Source: Eubacteriales bacterium (GTDB lineage Bacteria > Bacillota > Clostridia > Oscillospirales > CAG-272). From it: a DNA stretch of 64,000 bases. Positions 1 to 7,441 of this stretch are shown piece by piece (the stretch's first letter is position 1; each line of letters begins with the position of its first letter). The stretch covers positions 18,389 to 82,388 of the forward strand of contig JAZKYO010000045.1 in assembly GCA_045612185.1 (NCBI GenBank). Direction: 5' to 3'. Position numbers and translations under genes: made by a program. The notes beneath the pieces were generated by a model that had not been told where the DNA came from, ran no database searches, and saw only the letters and a program-made list of their open reading frames with translations.

Positions 1-1066
1 CGATATAAACGTTCCGGTCGGCAGGTATACCGTTAATGGGAAGTGCCGAAAAATACTTTACGCCGTAGTCCGATGCCTTGACTGTAGACAGGCTTCCGTC
101 TGCGGCTGTCTGCTGTATGCTTTCGTATACTGATTTTGACGTAACCACGTCTTCGGACGAAACTACGGTTTTGCCGTTGTCTGTCAGGCGGTAGACAGTA
201 TATCCAACCTTGTGGTAATCCTTTTCAGACAGAGTGGAAACAAATCTTACGTTGAATTTTCCGTTTTCTATTTTGCTTGTCTGATATCCAAGATAGTCTG
301 CGCTTGCCTCCTTGGTAAGACCAATGCGGTAGTCGGAGTCATTGGTTACCGAAATGTTTTTGAAATATACCGAATATTTGTAGCGTGTGTCAAAGAAACG
401 CACTCGTGACTTTGAAATAGAGTTGCGCTGTGCCATTTCCAAAGCATAGCTTCCGACAGATTCGTGGTTTACAAACACCTCACAGCGTCTTTTGTCGGGG
501 CTTACCACAAAACGGATGTTGAACCATTCATTCAAGGGAAGCTTTGCCGAATCGCTAAGACGTGAGCCCTCGGTGGGCTTTGTGCAAAGGTAGCCCTCAT
601 CATCAATTCGGATAGAGCCATAGCTGGGGCTTTGCGATGCGTTGTGAGTTATCCACGTCATAAATGACATCGGATAGTTGTGAGGCGTCTTTCCGCTGGT
701 TTCACCCGACGGATAGCTTTCGAAAAACATATCGGCCTCAATATAGTAAGCCTCGTAGTCTTTTAATACGTTGTTGGTGTCCTCGATGAAATAAGCATCG
801 GCAGACTCCTTGATGCCCAGACATTTCTGCCCGTCAATTTCGTAAAGAGCCGTGCTGTTTCCTTTTGTCAAGGTGTATTCTGTGCTTCCGAGGTTGTCAG
901 TAACGTCCACCATTTTGTCAAACTTAAGCTCCCACAGAATATCATCGATTTTTTTGGTGTCTTCGTCAAGAGATACCGCCGCCGTGGGGATAGCCACAAA
1001 GCTTCCGCCAAGCATCAACAGTGCCAAAAGCAGCGATAACATAGAAGTCATGCGATTTGTTTTCAT
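1..1066 (-). CDS. Secreted LamG/concanavalin-like domain protein; C-terminal part cut off by the window edge
   Basis: Absent from the ORF track because it runs off the left edge. Reverse-strand ATG at 1066-1064 follows a GGAGAC RBS (rc of 1071-1076). Translation starts MKTNRMTSMLSLLLALLMLGGSFVAIPTAAVSLDED (signal peptide). By my reading the frame stays open to position 2. It contains LNEWFNIRFVVSPDKRRCEVFVNHESVG, the LamG-type strand pattern also repeated in the 2065-aa protein at 45874. Confidence 0.6.
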   Translation of the reverse strand, partial: MKTNRMTSMLSLLLALLMLGGSFVAIPTAAVSLDEDTKKIDDILWELKFDKMVDVTDNLGSTEYTLTKGNSTALYEIDGQKCLGIKESADAYFIEDTNNVLKDYEAYYIEADMFFESYPSGETSGKTPHNYPMSFMTWITHNASQSPSYGSIRIDDEGYLCTKPTEGSRLSDSAKLPLNEWFNIRFVVSPDKRRCEVFVNHESVGSYALEMAQRNSISKSRVRFFDTRYKYSVYFKNISVTNDSDYRIGLTKEASADYLGYQTSKIENGKFNVRFVSTLSEKDYHKVGYTVYRLTDNGKTVVSSEDVVTSKSVYESIQQTAADGSLSTVKASDYGVKYFSALPINGIPADRNVYI

Positions 1067-1105
1067 ATCCGTCTCCTTTTCGGTGAAATTAATATTATTT
1101 GTTAC

Positions 1106-1134
1106 ATTATAACATATCACAGATGCAAAATCAA
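1106..1134 (-). promoter_or_regulatory. Sigma-70/SigA-type promoter for the 1..1066 gene
   Basis: On the minus strand: TTGATT (rc of 1129-1134), 17-nt spacer, TGtTATAAT (TATAAT is rc of 1106-1111). It lies about 40 nt upstream of the ATG. Confidence 0.45.
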
Positions 1135-1199
1135 GACTTTTGTATGAAATCTGCTAAAAGGCTTTCCGTGCCGTGCTTTTCTTTTTGAATTTCTTTTAA

Positions 1200-1310
1200 T
1201 TACTTGACTTGGCCGTCAGTTTGTGTCACAACGCCCTCTCTATCTTTGTAGTGGGGTTCACCTTCCATATGAAGAATCTTGATTCTATCTCCTATATGTA
1301 CATTGTTCAT
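1200..1310 (-). pseudogene. DUF4314-like small ORF, truncated (36 aa)
   Basis: Below the track threshold. Minus-strand ATG at 1310 overlaps the stop of the upstream ORF. The peptide MNNVHIGDRIKILHMEGEPHYKDREGVVTQTDGQVK resembles the G-x-R-[IV]-x-L-x-x-M ... G-x-V-x-x-x-D core of DUF4314 proteins from Firmicutes conjugative elements, but it stops about halfway. Confidence 0.3.
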
Positions 1311-1783
1311 ATGGCCACCTCACCAAACTTAAGCTCTTTTTTGTATTTGTAGTAGCTGTTCCTTGAACAACCACAAAGTTTGATAACATCAGGATCTTCA
1401 AGGCTGCCACCGAAGTCTTTGGAATGTTTTAGGATGATAGCCTTGCAATGGAGAGATTTCTTAGTGGTAAGGGAAGTGCCTTTAGGAATACCAATCTTAA
1501 CACCGTTCTTTTTAGCTTCTCTCATGCCTTGGCTAATACGGCTATGTAGGTCGGTAACTTCTTTTTCGGCTTGGTCGAAGGCGGCTTTGATTTGTTCCTC
1601 GGCCAGAGCCATCATAAAGTTATTGATGAGCTCTATATTGCCTTTGAAGAAGTCATCGACCGCAGTATTACCGGTTTCTATATTGATATTGAGAATATTG
1701 TTCTTAGTGGAGTCAAAGACTGATGGCTGCCTCACGAGCTTTTGAAGCTGCCCTCTCTGTCTTGAATGGATTTCCATTCTCAT
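1307..1783 (-). pseudogene. Serine recombinase (resolvase/invertase) C-terminal fragment with HTH; catalytic N-terminus missing
   Basis: The 158-aa ORF ends in ...SRISQGMREAKKNGVKIGIPKGTSLTTKKSLHCKAIILKHSKDFGGSLEDPDVIKLCGCSRNSYYKYKKEL. This matches the end of a resolvase catalytic domain plus a Hin-like HTH. No N-terminal Y-x-R-V-S-T catalytic serine segment is present. Confidence 0.5.
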
Positions 1784-1889
1784 CCTTTGTCCTCTTCAAA
1801 TCTTTCTGCTTTCCATTAAGCATGTAGGCGTACCTATAGCCCCACATGCCATTTGGAAGCTGATACACGCCCGACGATGTTTTTGTCAT
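1713..1889 (-). pseudogene. Tyrosine integrase N-terminal Arm DNA-binding domain fragment
   Basis: MTKTSSGVYQLPNGMWGYRYAYMLNGKQKDLKRTKDENGNPFKTERAASKAREAAI is typical of the Arm-type N-terminal domain of Tn916-like integrases. The ORF stops after about 58 aa with no SAM-like or catalytic domain and overlaps the next ORF in another frame. The likely start is M14 of the tracked ORF (1889). Confidence 0.5.
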
Positions 1890-1928
1890 AAAATACCCCT
1901 TTAATAAAAATTTTATAGAAGCTTCCAT

Positions 1929-2345
1929 TTTTCCAAGGTTATCACAAAAGCCGCAAAAGCTCCAAAAGCCTTATACGCCAAGCCTTTTGACGCAAATCCC
2001 ACATAAAGTAACCGCGACGAAGCTCGTCACGGCAAGGCTCTTGAGGGTCTCCTTAACAGATACTTCAAGGCGTAAAAGGTTTTATATGGGGGGACTGCGG
2101 AGCCAGTTCGCCTAAGGTTGATAGGCTGGTGGTGCAATTCCACCGCCCCCACTCATATAAAACCCAAGTAACATAAGTCTTTATAGCACCGAAGAGCGAC
2201 CGCAAGGTCGCTCTTCTTTTATGCCTTTTTAAGCCTCAAATTCGGCTTTTTATGGAAAAAGTATGGAACTTTCCACATCCCAAAATGAGCAAAATAGAAG
2301 TCAAAATGGAAGTCAAAATGGAAGTCAAAATGGAAGTCAAACCGG
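1929..2345 (+). repeat. Modular intergenic repeat, copy A (modules X, tRNA-like stretch, terminator form 2, M, 12-nt tract x4)
   Basis: Shares AAGCCTTATACGCCAAGCCTTTTGACGCAAATCCCACATAAAG with copies E, J and B. The hairpin GAAGAGCGACC/GGTCGCTCTTC (2191-2216, then TTTT) is shared with copies F and G. TATGGAACTTTCCACATCCCAAAATGAGCAAAAT is shared with B. Confidence 0.7.
2291..2338 (+). repeat. Tandem 12-nt repeat, AAAATGGAAGTC x4 (first unit AAAATAGAAGTC)
   Basis: Read directly: four contiguous 12-nt units. The same tract has 2 units in copy B (5074-5097) and about 1.5 in copy E. Confidence 0.9.
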
Positions 2346-2365
2346 AATCTTTAAAATATCTCCGT

Positions 2366-2557
2366 TCAGTCCCCTTGAGCGGGGAAATGCTCTTCTATAG
2401 CAAGCCTTACGCCAAGCTTGAAAGCATACGCCAAAAGCTCCCTCTCGCTGATTCCTATAAGCTCATTGTAGCAGTTATCGAACTTCTCAAGGATCTCCTT
2501 CTGCTTGTCACGTAGCGTCTCTCTAAGCTTATCATGATGCTCTGCTACGTAGCCCAT
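2366..2557 (-). CDS. Small helical hypothetical protein (63 aa), mobile-element associated
   Basis: ORF with a GAGG RBS about 8 nt upstream. MGYVAEHHDKLRETLRDKQKEILEKFDNCYNELIGISERELLAYAFKLGVRLAIEE resembles small helical proteins seen in Clostridia conjugative elements. Function unknown. Confidence 0.4.
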   Translation of the reverse strand: MGYVAEHHDKLRETLRDKQKEILEKFDNCYNELIGISERELLAYAFKLGVRLAIEEHFPAQGD

Positions 2558-2700
2558 AAGCAGCCTCGGCTGATTTTCCTTTCTTCCTCTATCTTTTATC
2601 GGACATATGTTGCCGTAGTTAAACTACTCAATATCTATCGCAGATTCCGGTGTTTGCGAATAAGGGGAGAAAAGTGTTGCCCCCAAAAACGCATAGCTTT

Positions 2701-3522
2701 TTATTCGTTCTCTCGGGCGATCCGTCGGTATTCGCTGGGGGAGATTCCCTCGTTTTCGGTGAAGAAGTGGCTGAAGGCATAGATGTCGTAAAAGCCAAGC
2801 ATCTCGGCCACCTCGCCCACGCGGAACTCGCCCACACGCAAAAGACTTCTTGCGGCGGTGTGAAGCAGATGTTTTTTGTAGGACATAGGTGGCATACCCA
2901 CGGCGGCTTTGAATACGCGCCGAAGCTGGGATTGGCTGAGATGGCAAAGATCTGCCAACTCCGCCGCAGTTATCGGCTCTGTGTAATGCTCTTCCAAGTA
3001 TCGGAGCGCAATCGATGCCGCACGCTCGGTGTTTTTGTATGGCTCGTCGTGGCCGCCCTCGGAGCATAGCGCGAAAATGCGGAGCAGCTCGGATGCCGCT
3101 AAAAAGTGGGCGCTTGGCTTGTTGGTTGAATGGGCGGCAATCACGGATTTCATTGCGTATTTTACCGAGCTTTTGTCGATGGTTGACACCAAGAGCGGGT
3201 GGTCGGAAAAGGATAGGGGTGAGCCGCTTCGGGCGTCGGTCAGCGCGAATTCGATTTGTAAGGTTTGCACAGATCCATTGCCCGCATCGGAGATGAAATA
3301 GGAATAGGGAACGCTCCCCGCAGGCAGGTAGATCAGTTCTCCCGCGTGGGCGGTAAAGCTTTCGCCCCGTGACAAATAGGTATAAGCCCCCCGAACCACG
3401 AATAAAAAGCCATTGTAAGGACGATGGGTGATGCGGTTTTCGAGAATGCGAGGTGTGTATGACATGGCAAGCTGTATGTTGAAAAGCACTTTCGAAGGAT
3501 CAAAAGAAAAGAAAGAATTCAT
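2701..3522 (-). CDS. AraC/XylS family transcriptional regulator (cupin sensor + HTH)
   Basis: The C-terminus has the AraC HTH signature (...ITAAELADLCHLSQSQLRRVFKAAVGMPPMSYKKHLLHTAARSLL...FYDIYAFSHFFTENEGISPSEYRR). I prefer the start at MNSFFSF (3522), which has an AGGAGG RBS, over the tracked 3621. Confidence 0.85.
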   Translation of the reverse strand: MNSFFSFDPSKVLFNIQLAMSYTPRILENRITHRPYNGFLFVVRGAYTYLSRGESFTAHAGELIYLPAGSVPYSYFISDAGNGSVQTLQIEFALTDARSGSPLSFSDHPLLVSTIDKSSVKYAMKSVIAAHSTNKPSAHFLAASELLRIFALCSEGGHDEPYKNTERAASIALRYLEEHYTEPITAAELADLCHLSQSQLRRVFKAAVGMPPMSYKKHLLHTAARSLLRVGEFRVGEVAEMLGFYDIYAFSHFFTENEGISPSEYRRIARENE

Positions 3523-3696
3523 TTCAGCCTCCTGTAGATTTAATACTGCCATTATAACACGTGCCCTTGTTTGTGTCAACAAAAATGCGCACTTTTTGCA
3601 AAAAAAGGCTGCTTTTTGCATTTGATTTTCTCGTTTTGTATGGTATAATGCAATAAAGAAAACATTAAAAGTTCAAAACGGAACGGAGAAAATCAA

Positions 3697-4800
3697 ATGA
3701 ATCCTATGTATGGAACCTCGGTGTATTGCGGTATCGGCATTGAGCTTGCGCAGATCAAGGCGCATCTTGAAATGGCAGCAAGCCTCGGCATTAACACCGT
3801 TTTTACATCTTTGCAGTTACCCGAGGCGGATAAGGCTACCGTCTTGCGTGATTTTTACAAAATGTCAGAGATCGCTCACAGCCTTGGAATGAAGGTGGAG
3901 GCGGACGTCGCCACGCGCACAGCGGTGCAGTTTGGCATTGATCTTCACGACCTTTCCGCCATTAAAGAGATGGGCGTGGATTTTGCAAGACTTGACGGTG
4001 GCTATACGATGGAGCAGACCGTGGAGGCTACCCACAATGATCTTGGTATGCAAATCGTTCTTAACGCCGGAGAGGTCACGAGAAAAAAGCTGGAGCAATA
4101 CGAGTTTCTCGGCATTAACAAGGAGCAAGCACATTTCTGCCATAATTTTTATCCTATGCGCTATACAGGTCTGCAGCCCGAACGGGCGCAGGAGATCAAC
4201 GCACTGATCCATGAATACGGCTACCGCGTGACGGGCTTTATCCCTTCGCACAACCACAAGCGCATTGGCGTGAGCTTGGGACTTCCCACAGTAGAACGCC
4301 ACCGCATCATGGACACCTTTACCGCCATCGAGGAGTGTAAAATTCTTGGATTTGACGATATTTTCTTTGGTGACGATCTGGCATCAGAGAAGGAGCTCCG
4401 TATGCTTGTGGAGCGCGATCCCGCCGTCATTACCCTTCGTATGATCCCCGAGGTGGAAGGGGAAGCTATGGACTGGCTCCTCGGACGTGAGCTTCGCCAG
4501 TTCCAGGAAGACCTTCCCGAGATCATTCGGACAAAGTCTCTCAGTTCCGATAATCATTCCGATTCTTCTTTCCATGGTGATTGTGAGGAAGGCATCGTGG
4601 AAGAGCGGCGTCGCGGTGACGTTTCTATGTGCAAAGCCGCGCTTCTTCGCTATGCGGGAGAGGTGCAGATCGCGCGAATGGATCTTCCCGCCGATCCCGA
4701 TATTGGGCGCCTCGGTCGCATTGTCGACGAGGATCTGCCGCTTCTTGAAACCTTCCGCAACAGGGCACACTTCCGATTGATCCGCGCAGAGGAAAAGTAA
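3697..4800 (+). CDS. DUF871 / MupG-like (6-phospho-N-acetylmuramidase family) protein
   Basis: 367 aa. The N-terminus YGTSVYCGIGIELAQIKAHLEMAASLGINTVFTSLQLPE matches the DUF871 TIM-barrel start (S-V-Y ... FTSLH-I-PE). It is divergent from the AraC gene. Confidence 0.55.
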   Translation: MNPMYGTSVYCGIGIELAQIKAHLEMAASLGINTVFTSLQLPEADKATVLRDFYKMSEIAHSLGMKVEADVATRTAVQFGIDLHDLSAIKEMGVDFARLDGGYTMEQTVEATHNDLGMQIVLNAGEVTRKKLEQYEFLGINKEQAHFCHNFYPMRYTGLQPERAQEINALIHEYGYRVTGFIPSHNHKRIGVSLGLPTVERHRIMDTFTAIEECKILGFDDIFFGDDLASEKELRMLVERDPAVITLRMIPEVEGEAMDWLLGRELRQFQEDLPEIIRTKSLSSDNHSDSSFHGDCEEGIVEERRRGDVSMCKAALLRYAGEVQIARMDLPADPDIGRLGRIVDEDLPLLETFRNRAHFRLIRAEEK

Positions 4801-4802
4801 AA

Positions 4803-5185
4803 ACAAGAAGTCTTACATTACAAGCCTTTTGATGCCAGATATTTCAGGTAATCCCCTGTCGGTGCGGCTGGTCGCTTGCGACCTTGTGAGCGAAGCGGGC
4901 AAGAGGCTTCGCCCCTTACGCACCAAGGCTTGTGCGAACATAACTTAACGCAATACGACAGACGGTGTCTAAACAACACCGCCTGTCTTTTTTCTGTCCT
5001 CAAGCCGCATTTTAGGCTCAAAATCTCCAAATTTGTGGAACTTTTATGGAACTTTCCACATCCCAAAATGAGCAAAATGGAAGCTGAAATGGAAGCCGAA
5101 CCGAAAACTTTCCATTGTAGCTTTATTATATCAAAAAAGCCCATTCTCGCGAATAGGCTTTTTTCGTTGTTTGCGGAATTGTATA
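4803..5185 (+). repeat. Modular intergenic repeat, copy B (X partial, S double hairpin 4861-4924, terminator form 1, M, 12-nt tract x2, Z)
   Basis: Terminator stem 4957-4968/4976-4987 plus T6 lies right after the 3697..4800 gene. A second A6-hairpin-T6 structure is at 5133-5164. Long identical runs are shared with copies C, D and E. Confidence 0.8.
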
Positions 5186-5340
5186 GTTCTTGAAAACGAG
5201 GATTTTGTCTATCCTCTTTTTGTCATCCTCATTTTCGCCTCATTTTGAGGCTTTTTTATTTTTTTACATATCTTTTCTTCACTGCATAGAAAAAGAGCTG
5301 CCTCAGATGCTCTTAAATTTGCATTTGAGACAGCCCCTTT

Positions 5341-6234
5341 TTAAATATTCATAAGCACCACCGCCGCAAGAGCAAGGGTCATTCCCACAATGCTTTTTGC
5401 GGTTATTTTTTCTCCAAAAAGTATGCTTGCGCAGATTGCCGAGGCAACCAGATTTGCGCCTTGAAGCGTTGGATACATCTGTGTAGAAGGAATAAACGCC
5501 ACCGCCATTGTTTTGGTTATAACGTTGACGTAAAGTGCGGCAGATATGATAAAGAATATCAAAATATGCCTTCTGTCGCAAAGGATGGGATTTTTCACCG
5601 CATTTTTGCTCTTTTTGAACAGAAGCAAAACGAAAAGCTGTGGCACGATCATCAAAAAGTAGGTATAAAAGGTAAACACGCAGGGCTCGCCAAGCGCCTC
5701 CTTGGTATAGACCTTTTGCATAAAGTCTGCAAGTGCAGTACCAACACCGCCAAGAAGCAGGGTGATTGCGCCCCGTTTGGTGATTTTTCCCGATATGCTT
5801 TTATTATAAAGCGACATAACGTACACCGCCGCAAAAAGCAGAATAAAGCCCATTATACGGGTTGGCTTAATAGCGTCGCCATACACCGCCCATCCAAGCA
5901 CCGCCGTTGCCACCGATGCAAGCATTGTAAAGATGTTTAAGAAAACGTACGCCTCGCTTTTATAGGCGTAAAGCCAGCTTATACAGAAGGTTGCCATAAA
6001 CACCGACGACAAAAGGCAAACTGCAAAAGCCTTTGGGGTAAGCGCAAGACCCGAAAAGCCCACCTGCGCCACCGCCACCGCAAAGCCGATACCCGCACAA
6101 AAAAGCGTGCGAATGGTATTTACGGTAAAACCGTCGTTAAGCGAGACCACGTCGCGGCTTATCTTTTTGCCCGAAAAGCCTTTTACAAGCCCTGCGACAA
6201 GTGCGGCAAGCAAATAAAGATAACCGACTATCAT
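5341..6234 (-). CDS. DMT/EamA-type membrane permease (about 10 TM)
   Basis: 297 aa and hydrophobic throughout, with two similar halves. The start overlaps the stop of the upstream gene (ATGA, 6231-6234). Confidence 0.7.
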   Translation of the reverse strand: MIVGYLYLLAALVAGLVKGFSGKKISRDVVSLNDGFTVNTIRTLFCAGIGFAVAVAQVGFSGLALTPKAFAVCLLSSVFMATFCISWLYAYKSEAYVFLNIFTMLASVATAVLGWAVYGDAIKPTRIMGFILLFAAVYVMSLYNKSISGKITKRGAITLLLGGVGTALADFMQKVYTKEALGEPCVFTFYTYFLMIVPQLFVLLLFKKSKNAVKNPILCDRRHILIFFIISAALYVNVITKTMAVAFIPSTQMYPTLQGANLVASAICASILFGEKITAKSIVGMTLALAAVVLMNI

Positions 6235-7439
6235 CCCTCGTACTCTCCAAAATCGGGCACGTCAAGGGGAATTCCACCCTGCTTTGCCGACTCAATGGCA
6301 ACAAGCCCGGGCACGGTATAACGAGCGGCAAGCCAAGCGTTAAGAATCGGTTGCTCGTTGTTATACACCGCCGTAACAAAGTCATTCATAAGGATCTGGT
6401 GGCTTCCCATATGTCCGTTGGGAAGTCCTTCGTATTCCTTGGGAAGTCTTGCAACGTCCTTTGCCTGCACGGCAGAATTACTGCTCCATTGCCACATTCC
6501 GTTTGCCACCTGATTTTTGAAATCGGTGTCGTTTTTGTGCGAAACCATTTCCGCGGAGTTAACGTAATCGCTTACGTCGGTAAGCTTTACTCTTTCCTTT
6601 TCGCTTGAATAGTCTCTTTCAACGAGGATGTGTTGGGCGTTACTGAATTCGTAGCCGCCCTTTGTGCCGTATACTGCGGAAATATAGGAGCTTGGGCTCT
6701 TCCAACCGATTCTTCTTGCCTCGGTAACCCTTGCCACGCCTCCGTTGGCAAGCTCCATAAAGACGTACTGATTTGAAAATTCGTTATCCCAAAGGTTATT
6801 GCCAACGCCAAAGCGGCCGTCGTTTTCGGTATCGGCATAGCCCACGCAGGTGACCCTCTTTACGTAGGAATCCACGGCAGAAAGGATCATTGCCGTTGAG
6901 TGTGTGGGATAGAGCAAGGGGGGCATTCCTCCCTCCATGGGGTCTTTGCCGTAGCCTATAGAGTCGATATCGTGATAATATTGGGATGCGCCGTAGGTAA
7001 ACTTACCGAATTTGCCCTCCGCATAGGCTTCGCGGCAGAACATTGCGCAGGGGTAATAGTAGCAGGTCTCGCCCATCATATAGATAAGTCCGCTCTTCTT
7101 GACAAGCTCGATTATTTCCTCGCAATGCTCAACGCTTGACGCCATGGGCACGGCAGAATAAACGTGCTTCCCCGCCTTAAGGGCGCGGATGACTATTTCT
7201 CCGTGGAGATGGCGTTGGGTGAAGTTCATCACGCAATCGATATCCTCACGCGCAAGAATCTCCTCGTAGGTATCTATTATTTCCACGCCGAATTTTTCCG
7301 AAAAGTCCTCGGCTTTTGAGCGAATCAAGTCGCAAACGTATACTTTTTCTACGTACGGATGTGCTTTGCAAAGCGGAACGAAGAATTTTGAAAATCTTCC
7401 GCAACCAACGAAAGCAACTGTCATTTTTTTGTTTTTCAC
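6231..7439 (-). CDS. Gfo/Idh/MocA family NAD(P)-dependent oxidoreductase
   Basis: The N-terminal Rossmann segment is MTVAFVGCGRFSKFFVPLC...VYVCDL...DCVMNFTQRHLHGEIVIRALKAGKHVYSAVPMA. 402 aa. Confidence 0.8.
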   Translation of the reverse strand: MKNKKMTVAFVGCGRFSKFFVPLCKAHPYVEKVYVCDLIRSKAEDFSEKFGVEIIDTYEEILAREDIDCVMNFTQRHLHGEIVIRALKAGKHVYSAVPMASSVEHCEEIIELVKKSGLIYMMGETCYYYPCAMFCREAYAEGKFGKFTYGASQYYHDIDSIGYGKDPMEGGMPPLLYPTHSTAMILSAVDSYVKRVTCVGYADTENDGRFGVGNNLWDNEFSNQYVFMELANGGVARVTEARRIGWKSPSSYISAVYGTKGGYEFSNAQHILVERDYSSEKERVKLTDVSDYVNSAEMVSHKNDTDFKNQVANGMWQWSSNSAVQAKDVARLPKEYEGLPNGHMGSHQILMNDFVTAVYNNEQPILNAWLAARYTVPGLVAIESAKQGGIPLDVPDFGEYEG

Positions 7440-7441
7440 GT

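Larger units (their letters stand above)
1200..2557. mobile_element. Degenerate remnant of an integrative or conjugative element (recombinase fragments and small element-associated ORFs)
   Basis: The block holds a truncated DUF4314-like ORF, the C-terminal half of a serine recombinase, a tyrosine-integrase Arm-domain fragment, a tRNA-like stretch and a 63-aa helical ORF. No intact recombinase is present. Confidence 0.45.

Noticed and set aside
2087-2152. Possible tRNA gene (T-arm-like GGTGG-TGCAATT-CCACC plus a G/C-rich acceptor-like pairing)
   Set aside because: It is only about 65 nt. I can draw no D-arm or proper anticodon arm. The loop lacks the canonical TTC of a T-loop, and the seventh acceptor pair is G-G. 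It is at best a tRNA/tmRNA-derived fragment or att remnant, so I did not call it as a tRNA feature.
2291-2338. Tandem repeats as a possible CRISPR array
   Set aside because: The units are 12 nt and contiguous, with no spacers. No cas genes are in the window.
2252-2515. ORFs running through the repeat family that share peptides such as WNFPHPKMSK or GKFHKSSTNLEILSLKCGLRTEKRQAVLFRHRLSYC (2252..2515, 4876..5193, 4818..5144, 16298..16534, 16398..16652, 28752..28937, 33539..33790)
   Set aside because: The shared peptides simply reflect identical repeat DNA. The frames cross terminator hairpins and T-runs. Starts and stops differ between copies. No RBS is present. The 12-nt tract changes length between copies. 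I treat them as non-coding.
2624-3069. Long overlapping ORFs on both strands inside the AraC gene (2624..3067 -, 2650..3069 +, 3015..3301 +)
   Set aside because: They are a by-product of locally GC-rich DNA. They have no RBS, low-complexity Arg/Pro/Gly-rich translations, and are fully nested in a gene with clear family motifs.
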